From Candidatus Multivorans sp. (GTDB lineage Bacteria; Acidobacteriota; Thermoanaerobaculia; Multivoradales; Multivoraceae), in assembly GCA_965224025.1 (NCBI GenBank), contig OZ245033.1:4480001-4544000 (forward strand): a stretch of 64,000 nucleotides of DNA. The letters are read 5' to 3'. Each line of letters starts with the position of its first letter. Within the stretch, counting starts at the first letter, position 1. Below the pieces are notes generated by a model, which worked only from the letters and a program-made list of their open reading frames with translations, made no database searches and was not told where the DNA came from. Positions 1-8,025 of this stretch are shown piece after piece. A program made the position numbers and the translations under genes.

Positions 1-575
1 CGTTTCGGAAGGTCCGCGTACTCGTGCCGGCCGAGAACGGAAACCGCCACGCTCTGCACGCTCTCCATGAGCGGCGACGCGGGCGCCTCCTCGCGGCCGA
101 GGAGGTCCCCGAAGAGATTCTCGAGCGGCCGCTCGAACCGCTCCTCGAGGCGGCGCCGGATCAGGCGCGGGTTCTCGGTCCACTCGCTTGCCGCCTCGGG
201 ATCGCCGGGGTGACAGACGGACAGCAACGGGTCGCCGATCTCACTGCCCACCGGCTTCGCCTCGTAGGCCAGGACCATCTCGTCTTCCCGGCTCTTCGAA
301 ACGTACTCGTCGAGATGCGCGAGCACATCGGCGCGGCTGATCGCGCCGACCCGATCCGTCACGTCGACGAGGATCGCGGTCAGAGCCGCGGGGCCACTCT
401 CCGGACAACCCGTTTCGGGGTCACGGTCCGGCGGCTTCGGCGCGAAGATCGTGTAGCGCGCGCCGACGGCCAGCAGAACGAGCAGGACGACCGCGATCGT
501 TCCACCAAGAAGCGCGTCTCTCGGCGAGAGGTCTCCGCGCCGGGAGCGGCGACGCCGGCGTCTACGAGCCGGCAT
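1..575 (-). CDS. Membrane-anchored vWA-like hypothetical protein (partial, runs off window start; absent from ORF track)
   Basis: Manual translation from ATG 575 is open to the window edge: MPARRRRRRSRR, one TM helix (LLGGTIAVVLLVLLAVGA), then DPETGCP...AILVDVTD (MIDAS-like DxTD), VCHPG, SPLMESVQ. Its start overlaps the stop of the 562..1950 gene. Confidence 0.7.
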   Translation of the reverse strand, partial: MPARRRRRRRSRRGDLSPRDALLGGTIAVVLLVLLAVGARYTIFAPKPPDRDPETGCPESGPAALTAILVDVTDRVGAISRADVLAHLDEYVSKSREDEMVLAYEAKPVGSEIGDPLLSVCHPGDPEAASEWTENPRLIRRRLEERFERPLENLFGDLLGREEAPASPLMESVQSVAVSVLGRHEYADLPK

Positions 576-1950
576 CGACCGCGGGCACCTGACCGGGCGA
601 ACGTGTGCGAGAGATCGAACCCTCCAGGTCCAGCCGCGACTGCGTCTGCTCCCACTCCTCGTGCACGCGGTGGAGCGCGGCCTCGTACTGCCGGTTCAGG
701 GGATCCAGATCCACCTCCTCGACCACACCGGCGTCGCGGCGTTCCCGGTGGGGCGCCGGCGGCGCCATCGTCCAGGGCGTGGCGTGGGCCTCGGGATGGC
801 CACGATCGAAACGCACCGAACGGTTCGCTTCCCGGTACTCCTCGATCAGCATGGTCCCGAAGCGCTGCAACTGCTCGACATGAGCGTCGAATGCCGCCAG
901 CAGCTTCGCCTCGCTCTCCGCCGCGCGCCGCCGCTCGACAGGCTGGCTCTTCGCCTGGTGGGCCGTACGCCGGATGGCGTCGAGGCCCTCTTCGCGGATC
1001 GTCCGCAACTGATCGACCACGTCCTGCCAGAGGTCGTCGTAGTCGGCGCGGGCGTCCTCCATCTTGCGGTGCTTCCGGGAGTAGCCGGGATAGGCATCGC
1101 CGAAGAGCTTGCGGCCGTCGAAGAAAGCGACGCCGGAGAAGAAGAAGCCGAGCACGAAGAGAAGCCACGACTCCGCGTCTTGCAGCCCCAGCGGCGAGGC
1201 CTGGAAGCGGCTCAGGGCCTCGGCGCCGATGTTCTCGCTCAGATCGGCCGAGGCGTCCCGGAAGTGCGCGAGTCCCAGGTTGAGCACGAGCGCAGTGCCG
1301 AGCCAGCCGAGGATGCCGAGCACGCCCACTCCCTTGAGGAGGAGGCTGATATGGCTTACATAGCGACTGACGGGTCCGAAGAAGAGGGCCGGCAACACCA
1401 GGTTCACGACGCTGAAGCCGAGCGCCAGACCCCATCCGCCGACCAGCCCGCCCTCGCTGCCTACGGCAAGGAACGCGCCGTTCAGACCGCTCTCGATGAC
1501 GAACAACAGAACCACGAGTCCGACCAGGATCGCCGTCGTGCGTGAACTCACGTAGTCCGGCTCCCGGTCCAGCCCGTTGCGGTGCTTGAAGTCGAAGAAG
1601 TCGCGCCGCTTGCGCTCGAACTCGTGCAGGCTCGCCTTGAGTACCTGCAGTTCGCTCTGCTCGACCTCCCGGAACTCGGTCGCCGCCTTGCGCGACGACG
1701 ACTCCAGGTCACCGGCGAGCACCGCCTGGTCGAGCTGGTCCAGGTGGCGGTCGACCTGCTCGAGCTGCGCATCGAGCGCCTGGACCGCCTCCTTCTTCTT
1801 CGCCTCGATGAACTCCTCGATCTCGGTCTGACCAGGATCCTCCGCCGCCTCGAGGGGCGGCATCCCCCGTTCGCCGGCCCGGCGCCCCAACCGCTCCGGC
1901 TCGATCTCCGCGCGCAGATCCTCGATCAAGAGTTCCGGGAAGGCCTTCAT
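562..1950 (-). CDS. Hypothetical 4-TM membrane protein with long N- and C-terminal coiled-coil regions
   Basis: 462 aa with four hydrophobic segments flanked by E/K/R/Q-rich helical regions and a DAYPGY motif after the last TM. ATGA overlap with the PQQ gene. Confidence 0.8.
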   Translation of the reverse strand: MKAFPELLIEDLRAEIEPERLGRRAGERGMPPLEAAEDPGQTEIEEFIEAKKKEAVQALDAQLEQVDRHLDQLDQAVLAGDLESSSRKAATEFREVEQSELQVLKASLHEFERKRRDFFDFKHRNGLDREPDYVSSRTTAILVGLVVLLFVIESGLNGAFLAVGSEGGLVGGWGLALGFSVVNLVLPALFFGPVSRYVSHISLLLKGVGVLGILGWLGTALVLNLGLAHFRDASADLSENIGAEALSRFQASPLGLQDAESWLLFVLGFFFSGVAFFDGRKLFGDAYPGYSRKHRKMEDARADYDDLWQDVVDQLRTIREEGLDAIRRTAHQAKSQPVERRRAAESEAKLLAAFDAHVEQLQRFGTMLIEEYREANRSVRFDRGHPEAHATPWTMAPPAPHRERRDAGVVEEVDLDPLNRQYEAALHRVHEEWEQTQSRLDLEGSISRTRSPGQVPAVDAGS

Positions 1951-3599
1951 CGCCGGTTTGGGGAGTTCCCTACCTCCACCGGCAGCGCGAAGGTGAACAG
2001 GGCCTGGCCGGCGGCGATCGTCACGTGCTGCTGCCCGGCGGCCTCGTAGCTGATCGGAGCCGCGAAGACGTTGCCGCCCAGCCGGCGATGCCAGAGCTCC
2101 TCGCCCGTCTCAGCGTCGAGGGCGTAGAAGATGCCGGCCACGCTGCCGCCGAACACGAGACCGCCCTTCGTGGCGAGCAGGCCGGACGTGGAACGGGGCT
2201 GGACCTGGTACTCCCACTTGCGATCGCCGGTGAGCGGATCGATCCCTCGCACCGCGCTGACGTACTGGTCGCCAGGCCCGGCCGGCTTGCCGTAGCCGCC
2301 GACGAAGAGTTCGCCTTCTTCGTACTCTGCCTCGGCCATGTAGTAGAGCATCTCCGCGTCGTAGGCCTGGATGTAGAAGAGGCCGGTGTCGGGACTGTAG
2401 GTGGGCGAGAACCAGTTCGCGGCGCCGCCGATCGTCGGTGCGACGAGGGTTCCCTCCTCGCTCGGGAACATGTTCGGTACCCGGATCGGCCGGCCGGTGT
2501 CCTGATCGATCCCTTCGGCCCAGGTCTGGCGCGCGAACTCGCGCGCGAACAGGAACTCGCCGGTCTCGCGGTCCAGCAGGTAGAAGAAAGCGTTCCGGTT
2601 GGCGAAGGCCAGCAGCTTGCGCTGCCGGCCCTGGTACTCGGCATCGAACAGGATCGGCACCTGGCAGGCGTCCCAGTCGTGGACGTCGTGGGGCGTGAAC
2701 TGGAAGGCCCAGACGATCTCGCCGCTGTCCGGGCGAATCGCCAGCATGGAATCGGAGTGCAGGTTGTCGCCTTCGCGTACCTCGCCGTTCCAGTCCGGCC
2801 CGGGATTGCCGGTACCCCAGTAGAGCAGGTCGAGTTCGGGGTCGTACGAACCGGTCATCCAGGTCGGGGCGCCGCCGGTCTTCCAGGAGTCACCCTCCCA
2901 GGTGTCATGGCCCGGTTCGCCCGGTCCCGGAATCGTATGGGTCCGCCAGCGAAGTTGGCCGGTGGCCGCGTCGTAGGCGTCGAGAAAGCCCCGGATGCCG
3001 TACTCGCCGCCACCGATCCCGGTGATCACCAGATCGCGGACGACCATCGGCGCCGCCGTGATCGAGTGCCCCGAGCGCGGGCTGCCCACCTCCGTGTTCC
3101 AGATCACGGCGCCCGTCTTCGCGTCCAGCGAAACCAGGTGCGCGTCGATCGTGCCCATGTAGAGCCGGTCGCCACGAACCGCAACCCCCCGGTTTTGCTT
3201 GCGGCAGCAGAGTGCGAGTTGATCCGGCAGCTCGTGAACGTAGGACCAGTACCGCTGGCCAGTGCGCGCGTCGAGCGCCCGCACGACGTTGTCCGGCGTC
3301 GTCGCGTACATCACCTCGTCGATCACCAGCGGCGTCGTCTCCACCCGCCCGAGGGTCGGCAGTTGGTGGACCCAGCGGAGTTGGAGCTTCGACGCATTCG
3401 AGCGGTCGATCTGATCGAGGCGGCTGAAGCGTTGGCTTTCGTACTGGCCCGAGTACATGAGCCAGTTGCCCGGCTCGTCCGACGCCGCCTTCAACCGTTC
3501 GTAAGACACCTCGCTCTGAGCGGAGACGCCCAGCGCAGCAAACAGGAGCGGCAACGCGGAACGGACGGCGGCCTTCGTCTTCGACTCGATCATCACCAC
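1947..3599 (-). CDS. PQQ-dependent alcohol dehydrogenase-family quinoprotein, secreted
   Basis: Signal peptide, vicinal CC (LCCRKQNRG), GGGEYGIRG, GTGNPGP, TPHDVHDWD, and Trp-docking beta-propeller repeats. Confidence 0.9.
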   Translation of the reverse strand: MVMIESKTKAAVRSALPLLFAALGVSAQSEVSYERLKAASDEPGNWLMYSGQYESQRFSRLDQIDRSNASKLQLRWVHQLPTLGRVETTPLVIDEVMYATTPDNVVRALDARTGQRYWSYVHELPDQLALCCRKQNRGVAVRGDRLYMGTIDAHLVSLDAKTGAVIWNTEVGSPRSGHSITAAPMVVRDLVITGIGGGEYGIRGFLDAYDAATGQLRWRTHTIPGPGEPGHDTWEGDSWKTGGAPTWMTGSYDPELDLLYWGTGNPGPDWNGEVREGDNLHSDSMLAIRPDSGEIVWAFQFTPHDVHDWDACQVPILFDAEYQGRQRKLLAFANRNAFFYLLDRETGEFLFAREFARQTWAEGIDQDTGRPIRVPNMFPSEEGTLVAPTIGGAANWFSPTYSPDTGLFYIQAYDAEMLYYMAEAEYEEGELFVGGYGKPAGPGDQYVSAVRGIDPLTGDRKWEYQVQPRSTSGLLATKGGLVFGGSVAGIFYALDAETGEELWHRRLGGNVFAAPISYEAAGQQHVTIAAGQALFTFALPVEVGNSPNRR

Positions 3600-4471
3600 T
3601 ACTTCGGCCGCAGTGAGTAGAGGTAGGCCACCAGATCGTCAAGATCCCGTCCGCGGAAGAAACTGCCGAGCGGCGGCATCAGCGACTCCTCGGGTTTCTC
3701 GATCGCTGTCAGGTCCGTCTTCTGGAAGGACCTGAGGTTCTCGAACTCATCGAAGAGCTGGATCGAGTAGCGGTCCTCGTTGCGCAACACGCCGCGCACG
3801 ATGCCGCCTTCGCTGGTTCGCACTTCGACGGTGCGGTAGTCATCGTCCATCGCCTCCGAGGGGTCGGCGATCGAGGCACGGATGTGCGCCGGCGCCCGCC
3901 GCCAACCCAGATCGCTGAGGTCGGGGCCGAGCCGGCCGCCCGATCCGTTCAGGCGGTGGCAATCGGAGCAGGAGCCCCGGCTCAGGTACAGACTTCGCCC
4001 TCGCCTCGGATCACCCGGCAGATCTTCGTCGCCGCCAATCCGGCTGAGCGAGCCTATGTAGGACACGACCTGCCAGATCTTCTTGTCCGGCTGATAGATG
4101 CCGCCCATGCCCGTGTTCGGGATGCCGGTCAGGATGTTGCGGAACAAGGCGGCATCGCTGCTGCCGTGCCGGAACACGCCGCGGGTGAGGTCGGGCCCGT
4201 CGCCGCCGGTACCGTCCGCTCCGTGGCAGAGCGAGCAACTGCGCCGGAACACACGGGCACCGGCCTCGATATCGGCCTCGGCGGTGTGGGGATTCTCCTG
4301 AACGCGACCCTGAAGCGCTCGCGAGAGGACGTTCTGAGCGGAGACCGGGTTGCCGCATACGATGACCAGGGCGAAGAGAGCCCCCCCGAAAGCTCCCCGG
4401 CAACGGCCGAATGGACATCGTCCAGGCTCTGCTCCGGCGCTCCTGGCAGGTGTCAATTCGACCGGAAACAT
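3599..4471 (-). CDS. Di-heme c-type cytochrome (likely electron acceptor of the adjacent PQQ enzyme)
   Basis: Two CxxCH motifs (CSLCH, CSDCH), GPDL motifs, C-terminal SLMP...DLVAYL. Start reassigned to ATG 4471. Stop overlaps the PQQ gene start. Confidence 0.85.
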   Translation of the reverse strand: MFPVELTPARSAGAEPGRCPFGRCRGAFGGALFALVIVCGNPVSAQNVLSRALQGRVQENPHTAEADIEAGARVFRRSCSLCHGADGTGGDGPDLTRGVFRHGSSDAALFRNILTGIPNTGMGGIYQPDKKIWQVVSYIGSLSRIGGDEDLPGDPRRGRSLYLSRGSCSDCHRLNGSGGRLGPDLSDLGWRRAPAHIRASIADPSEAMDDDYRTVEVRTSEGGIVRGVLRNEDRYSIQLFDEFENLRSFQKTDLTAIEKPEESLMPPLGSFFRGRDLDDLVAYLYSLRPK

Positions 4472-4644
4472 GGCGGTGAGCGTAGCACCAGGATCAGGCC
4501 GAAGGCTGCAACCCGGCGCCCGGAGTGGCGTATAGTCGGGTACTGCGCACGCCACATCGGACGCACCAGCGCTCCAAGTCGTAGACGCATCCAGCATCCG
4601 CAAGGTTGCATGAAGACCTTCCACCCGACTCTCAAGGACACGAC

Positions 4645-6219
4645 ATGAACCGCACCCCCTACCGCGTTCTCGCGGCAACGACCATGGTCATCGGACCGCT
4701 CGTCCTGCCGGCGACGGGCCTCGCCCGGAACCTGGACCAGCCCACCTTCGTGGACGACATTGCGCCCATCCTCCACGAGAACTGCGTCTCCTGCCATCAG
4801 CCGGATGAGATCGCGCCGATGGCGCTGCGGACCTACCGCGAGGCCCGACCGTGGGCGAAGTCCATCGCGCGCGCCGTCGAGAACCGCGAGATGCCCCCCT
4901 GGGACGCCGACCCCGGATTCGGCCCGTGGAAGAACGACATCTCCCTGAGCGCCACCGAGATCGCCGCGATCACGCGGTGGGTCGCTTCGGGCGCACCGCG
5001 GGGCGACGGCGATGAACCCGTCTACGAACAGCCCGCCGAGCAAGCCGAGTGGGCGTTCGGCGAACCGGACTGGGTCTACGAGTTCGACCCCTTCGATGTC
5101 GCCGCCGACGGCCCGGACGAGTTCGCCGTCATTCCAATCGCGCCCGGCTTCGACGAGGACCGCTGGATTCGTGCCGTGGAAGTCCAGCCCGGTGACCGCG
5201 AGGTGCTCCATCACTTCATCCTGTGGCGGGCATCCGAGGCCAGCACGGACGTCCAGGACGCCTGGATCGACGGTTGGGCCGCCGGCGCCGGGCCGACGGA
5301 ACTCCCGGCCGGCACCGCCCGCTTCCTGGCCAAGGGGCGCGGACTGCTCGGCGACTTCCACTACCACCCGAACGGCACCGCCTCGACCGACAAGACCCGC
5401 ATTGGCGTCTGGTTCGCCGAGCCCGAAGATGTCGAGAAGGAACTGATCAACCTTTGGGTGATGAACGCCACCTTCAAGATCCCGGCCGGCGACCCCAACT
5501 ACGAGGCGAGCGCAAGCCATGTCTTCTCGGAAGATGTCGTCGTCCGCTCCCTCGCGCCGCACATGCACTACCGCGGCAAGGACATGAGCTACACCGCCTA
5601 CCTGCCTGACGGCGAGGAGCGGGAGCTGCTCAGCGTCAGCCGGTTCGACTTCAACTGGCAAACCGGCTACGAGTTCGACGAGCCCCTGGCGCTTCCGGCC
5701 GGCACCCGCATCGAGGTTGTGGCCCATTGGGACAACTCGGAGGACAATCCGAACAACCCCGACCCGACGGTCAACGTCACCTGGGGAACCGAATCGACGG
5801 ACGAGATGCTGATCGGCTTCGTCGACTACGTGGCCGCGGAAGGCGTGAGCCCCCAGCCCGCCAGCGCGGTGATCGCCAAGCTGGCCGAGTTGGGGATGAC
5901 CGATCCGGGGCAGGCTTGGCGCTTCGACATCACCCGCCAACCAGGCCAGGGGCCCGAAGCGACCGCCATGCTCCTGCCCCGCGACGGCAGGCCGGGCGGC
6001 TGGTTCGTCCAGTTCGGCACCCTCGTGCTGCCGGCGCCGATCGTCGACATCGTCTGGGACGGCAACAACGTGACCGCCACCGCGGAGACGCCCGGCAACA
6101 CGATGCAACTCAAGGGTTCCATCCAGGAGGACGGCACGCTCCGGATGCACATGGGACCGGGCGAGATGATCGGTACGCCGGCCGAGAACGAGACGCCGTT
6201 CACCCTGGCGGGCCAGTGA
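4645..6219 (+). CDS. Cytochrome c domain + copper type II monooxygenase (PHM/DBH-like) domain protein, secreted
   Basis: AAGGA RBS before ATG 4645, signal peptide, CVSCH, VLHH, FHYHP, PHMHYRG, FDFNWQ and DEM Cu-ligand motifs. Confidence 0.8.
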   Translation: MNRTPYRVLAATTMVIGPLVLPATGLARNLDQPTFVDDIAPILHENCVSCHQPDEIAPMALRTYREARPWAKSIARAVENREMPPWDADPGFGPWKNDISLSATEIAAITRWVASGAPRGDGDEPVYEQPAEQAEWAFGEPDWVYEFDPFDVAADGPDEFAVIPIAPGFDEDRWIRAVEVQPGDREVLHHFILWRASEASTDVQDAWIDGWAAGAGPTELPAGTARFLAKGRGLLGDFHYHPNGTASTDKTRIGVWFAEPEDVEKELINLWVMNATFKIPAGDPNYEASASHVFSEDVVVRSLAPHMHYRGKDMSYTAYLPDGEERELLSVSRFDFNWQTGYEFDEPLALPAGTRIEVVAHWDNSEDNPNNPDPTVNVTWGTESTDEMLIGFVDYVAAEGVSPQPASAVIAKLAELGMTDPGQAWRFDITRQPGQGPEATAMLLPRDGRPGGWFVQFGTLVLPAPIVDIVWDGNNVTATAETPGNTMQLKGSIQEDGTLRMHMGPGEMIGTPAENETPFTLAGQ

Positions 6220-6868
6220 GAACAACCCGGTCCAGGAAGGCTGGGTCGGCGCCTGGGCCGCGGGTTTCGCGCCCCAGCACTTCCCGCCCGGCACCGGCCG
6301 CCTGTTGCCGAAGGGCCGCGACCTGATCGGCGACTTCCACTATCACCCGACCGGCGAGGCGGCGACCGACAGGACCCGCGTCGCCCTCTGGTTCGCGGAG
6401 CCGGAGGAAGTCGAGAGGGAGTTGGTCAATCTCTGGATCATGAACAGCACGTTCCACATCCCCGCCGGTGAAGCGGACTACCGGGCGCAGGCGACCCACG
6501 TCTTCGACCAGGACGTCGTGGTCCGCTCGCTAACGCCCCACATGCACTACCGCGGCAAGTCGATGACCTACACCGCCTTCCTGCCAAACGGCGAGCAGAG
6601 GGAGCTGCTGAGCGTCAGCCGCTACGACTTCAACTGGCAGACGTCCTACGACCTGGCCGAGCCGCTCCGGCTCCCCGCCGGCACGCGGATCGAGGTGCGG
6701 GCTTCGTTCGACAACTCGGCCGAGAACCCGTACAACCCGGACCCGACCGTGGACGTCACCTGGGGCGCCGAGTCGACCGACGAGATGCTGATCGGCTTCA
6801 TCGACTACGTCGCCGCCGACAGCGGCGCCGCCAAGGCGGCGACCCCGGCGGGCCCCGCCGGGCAGTGA
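6218..6868 (+). pseudogene. 5'-truncated paralogue of the upstream Cu-monooxygenase gene (C-terminal half only)
   Basis: Frame from 6218 reads ENNPVQEGWVGAWAAG...FHYHP...PHMHYRG...DEMLIGF and aligns with the middle of 4645..6219. No signal peptide, CxxCH or HH; in-frame TGA at 6167 and only a weak TTG start at 6305. Confidence 0.65.
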
Positions 6869-7872
6869 GCCCTTCGCCGGCCTCTGTCGTCGCGCTTCTG
6901 GTCGCGGTGACGACGCTCGGCTGTGGCGCGAACGAGGCAGCTCCGGCCGGCGACGTGACCGAGACGCCACCGCCGGAAGCGGCGCCGGAGTTCACCACCC
7001 CGATCGTCTTCCAGCGATTCGCGAACACCGGCGCCACGCCCACCGTCCCCGGCTTCTACGGCGGCGCCGACATCTGGATCATGGAGGGAGACGGCAGCGG
7101 AGTTCGTCTGGTGCGCAAGGGCGTTCCGCAGCACCTGGACCACCCCTCGTTGACCTTCGACCTCGAGAGCGTGGTCTACGCCGAGTTCACCGACGCCGAC
7201 GCCGGCGTCGAGGCCGGCGCCCGCATCTTCCGCGAGGATCTGTCGACCGGCGAGCGCGAGGTGCTGCGCGAGGTCGAGGGCTGCGCCGTGCACCACGCGA
7301 GCATCTCGCCGATCACCCGGCAGCTCACCTACACGCGGAACTGTCCTGACGGCGACGGCTTCAACAAGGGGCTGATCACCGAGTTCGGCGACCGACGCCA
7401 GCTCGATGCCGCGAACACGACAGCGCTCGACGTCGGCAACGGCGTCGGTCTCCAGCGCGCCATCGTGTTCCAGGCCGAGAGCGAGCCCGAGAACGGCGAG
7501 CGACGGATGGAGATCGCGATCATCCGCTTCGACGGCTACGGCCAGGGCACCTACACCGCGCTCACCGACCGCGAGCACCGCCATCGTCGACCCGCCGTGT
7601 CACCCGACGGCCGGACGATCGCCTGGCAAACGAACCGGACCGGACCGACGGACGACATCTTCCTGGCCGACATCAACGGCTCGAACCAGCAGCGCCTGAC
7701 CATGTCCGACGCCAACGACGGCCACCCGTACTTCTCCCGCGACGGCCGCTGGATCGTCTTCGAGTCGGACCGCTCCGGGAACTGGGAGATCTGGAAAATC
7801 GAGATCGAGACAGGCGAGGTCGTGCAACTGACGGACGACCCGGCCTACGTCAGCACGCGGCCGCGCTGGTGA
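6865..7872 (+). CDS. TolB-like (PD40) beta-propeller lipoprotein
   Basis: Lipobox (TLGC), PAVSPDG / PYFSRDG / FESDRSGNWEIW repeats, GTGA overlap with the upstream frame. Confidence 0.85.
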   Translation: MSPSPASVVALLVAVTTLGCGANEAAPAGDVTETPPPEAAPEFTTPIVFQRFANTGATPTVPGFYGGADIWIMEGDGSGVRLVRKGVPQHLDHPSLTFDLESVVYAEFTDADAGVEAGARIFREDLSTGEREVLREVEGCAVHHASISPITRQLTYTRNCPDGDGFNKGLITEFGDRRQLDAANTTALDVGNGVGLQRAIVFQAESEPENGERRMEIAIIRFDGYGQGTYTALTDREHRHRRPAVSPDGRTIAWQTNRTGPTDDIFLADINGSNQQRLTMSDANDGHPYFSRDGRWIVFESDRSGNWEIWKIEIETGEVVQLTDDPAYVSTRPRW

Positions 7873-8025
7873 AACGAAGAGGACGGTTCCACACGCTGTC
7901 AGCAAGTCGGGGCGTGCTCCAGTTTCGGAGGCCGTCGACTTCGGTAACGTAGCGGGCGAGAGTCGCGTCGTGAGCCGAGCCCCTACACGAAGCGTCGCCC
8001 GGCAGGACGCGGGAGCGGTGGTGCT

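Noticed and set aside
24-1435. Long ORFs 24..1283 (+) and 380..1435 (-)
   Set aside because: Arg/Pro/Ala-rich shadow frames overlapping better-supported genes, typical of high-GC DNA.
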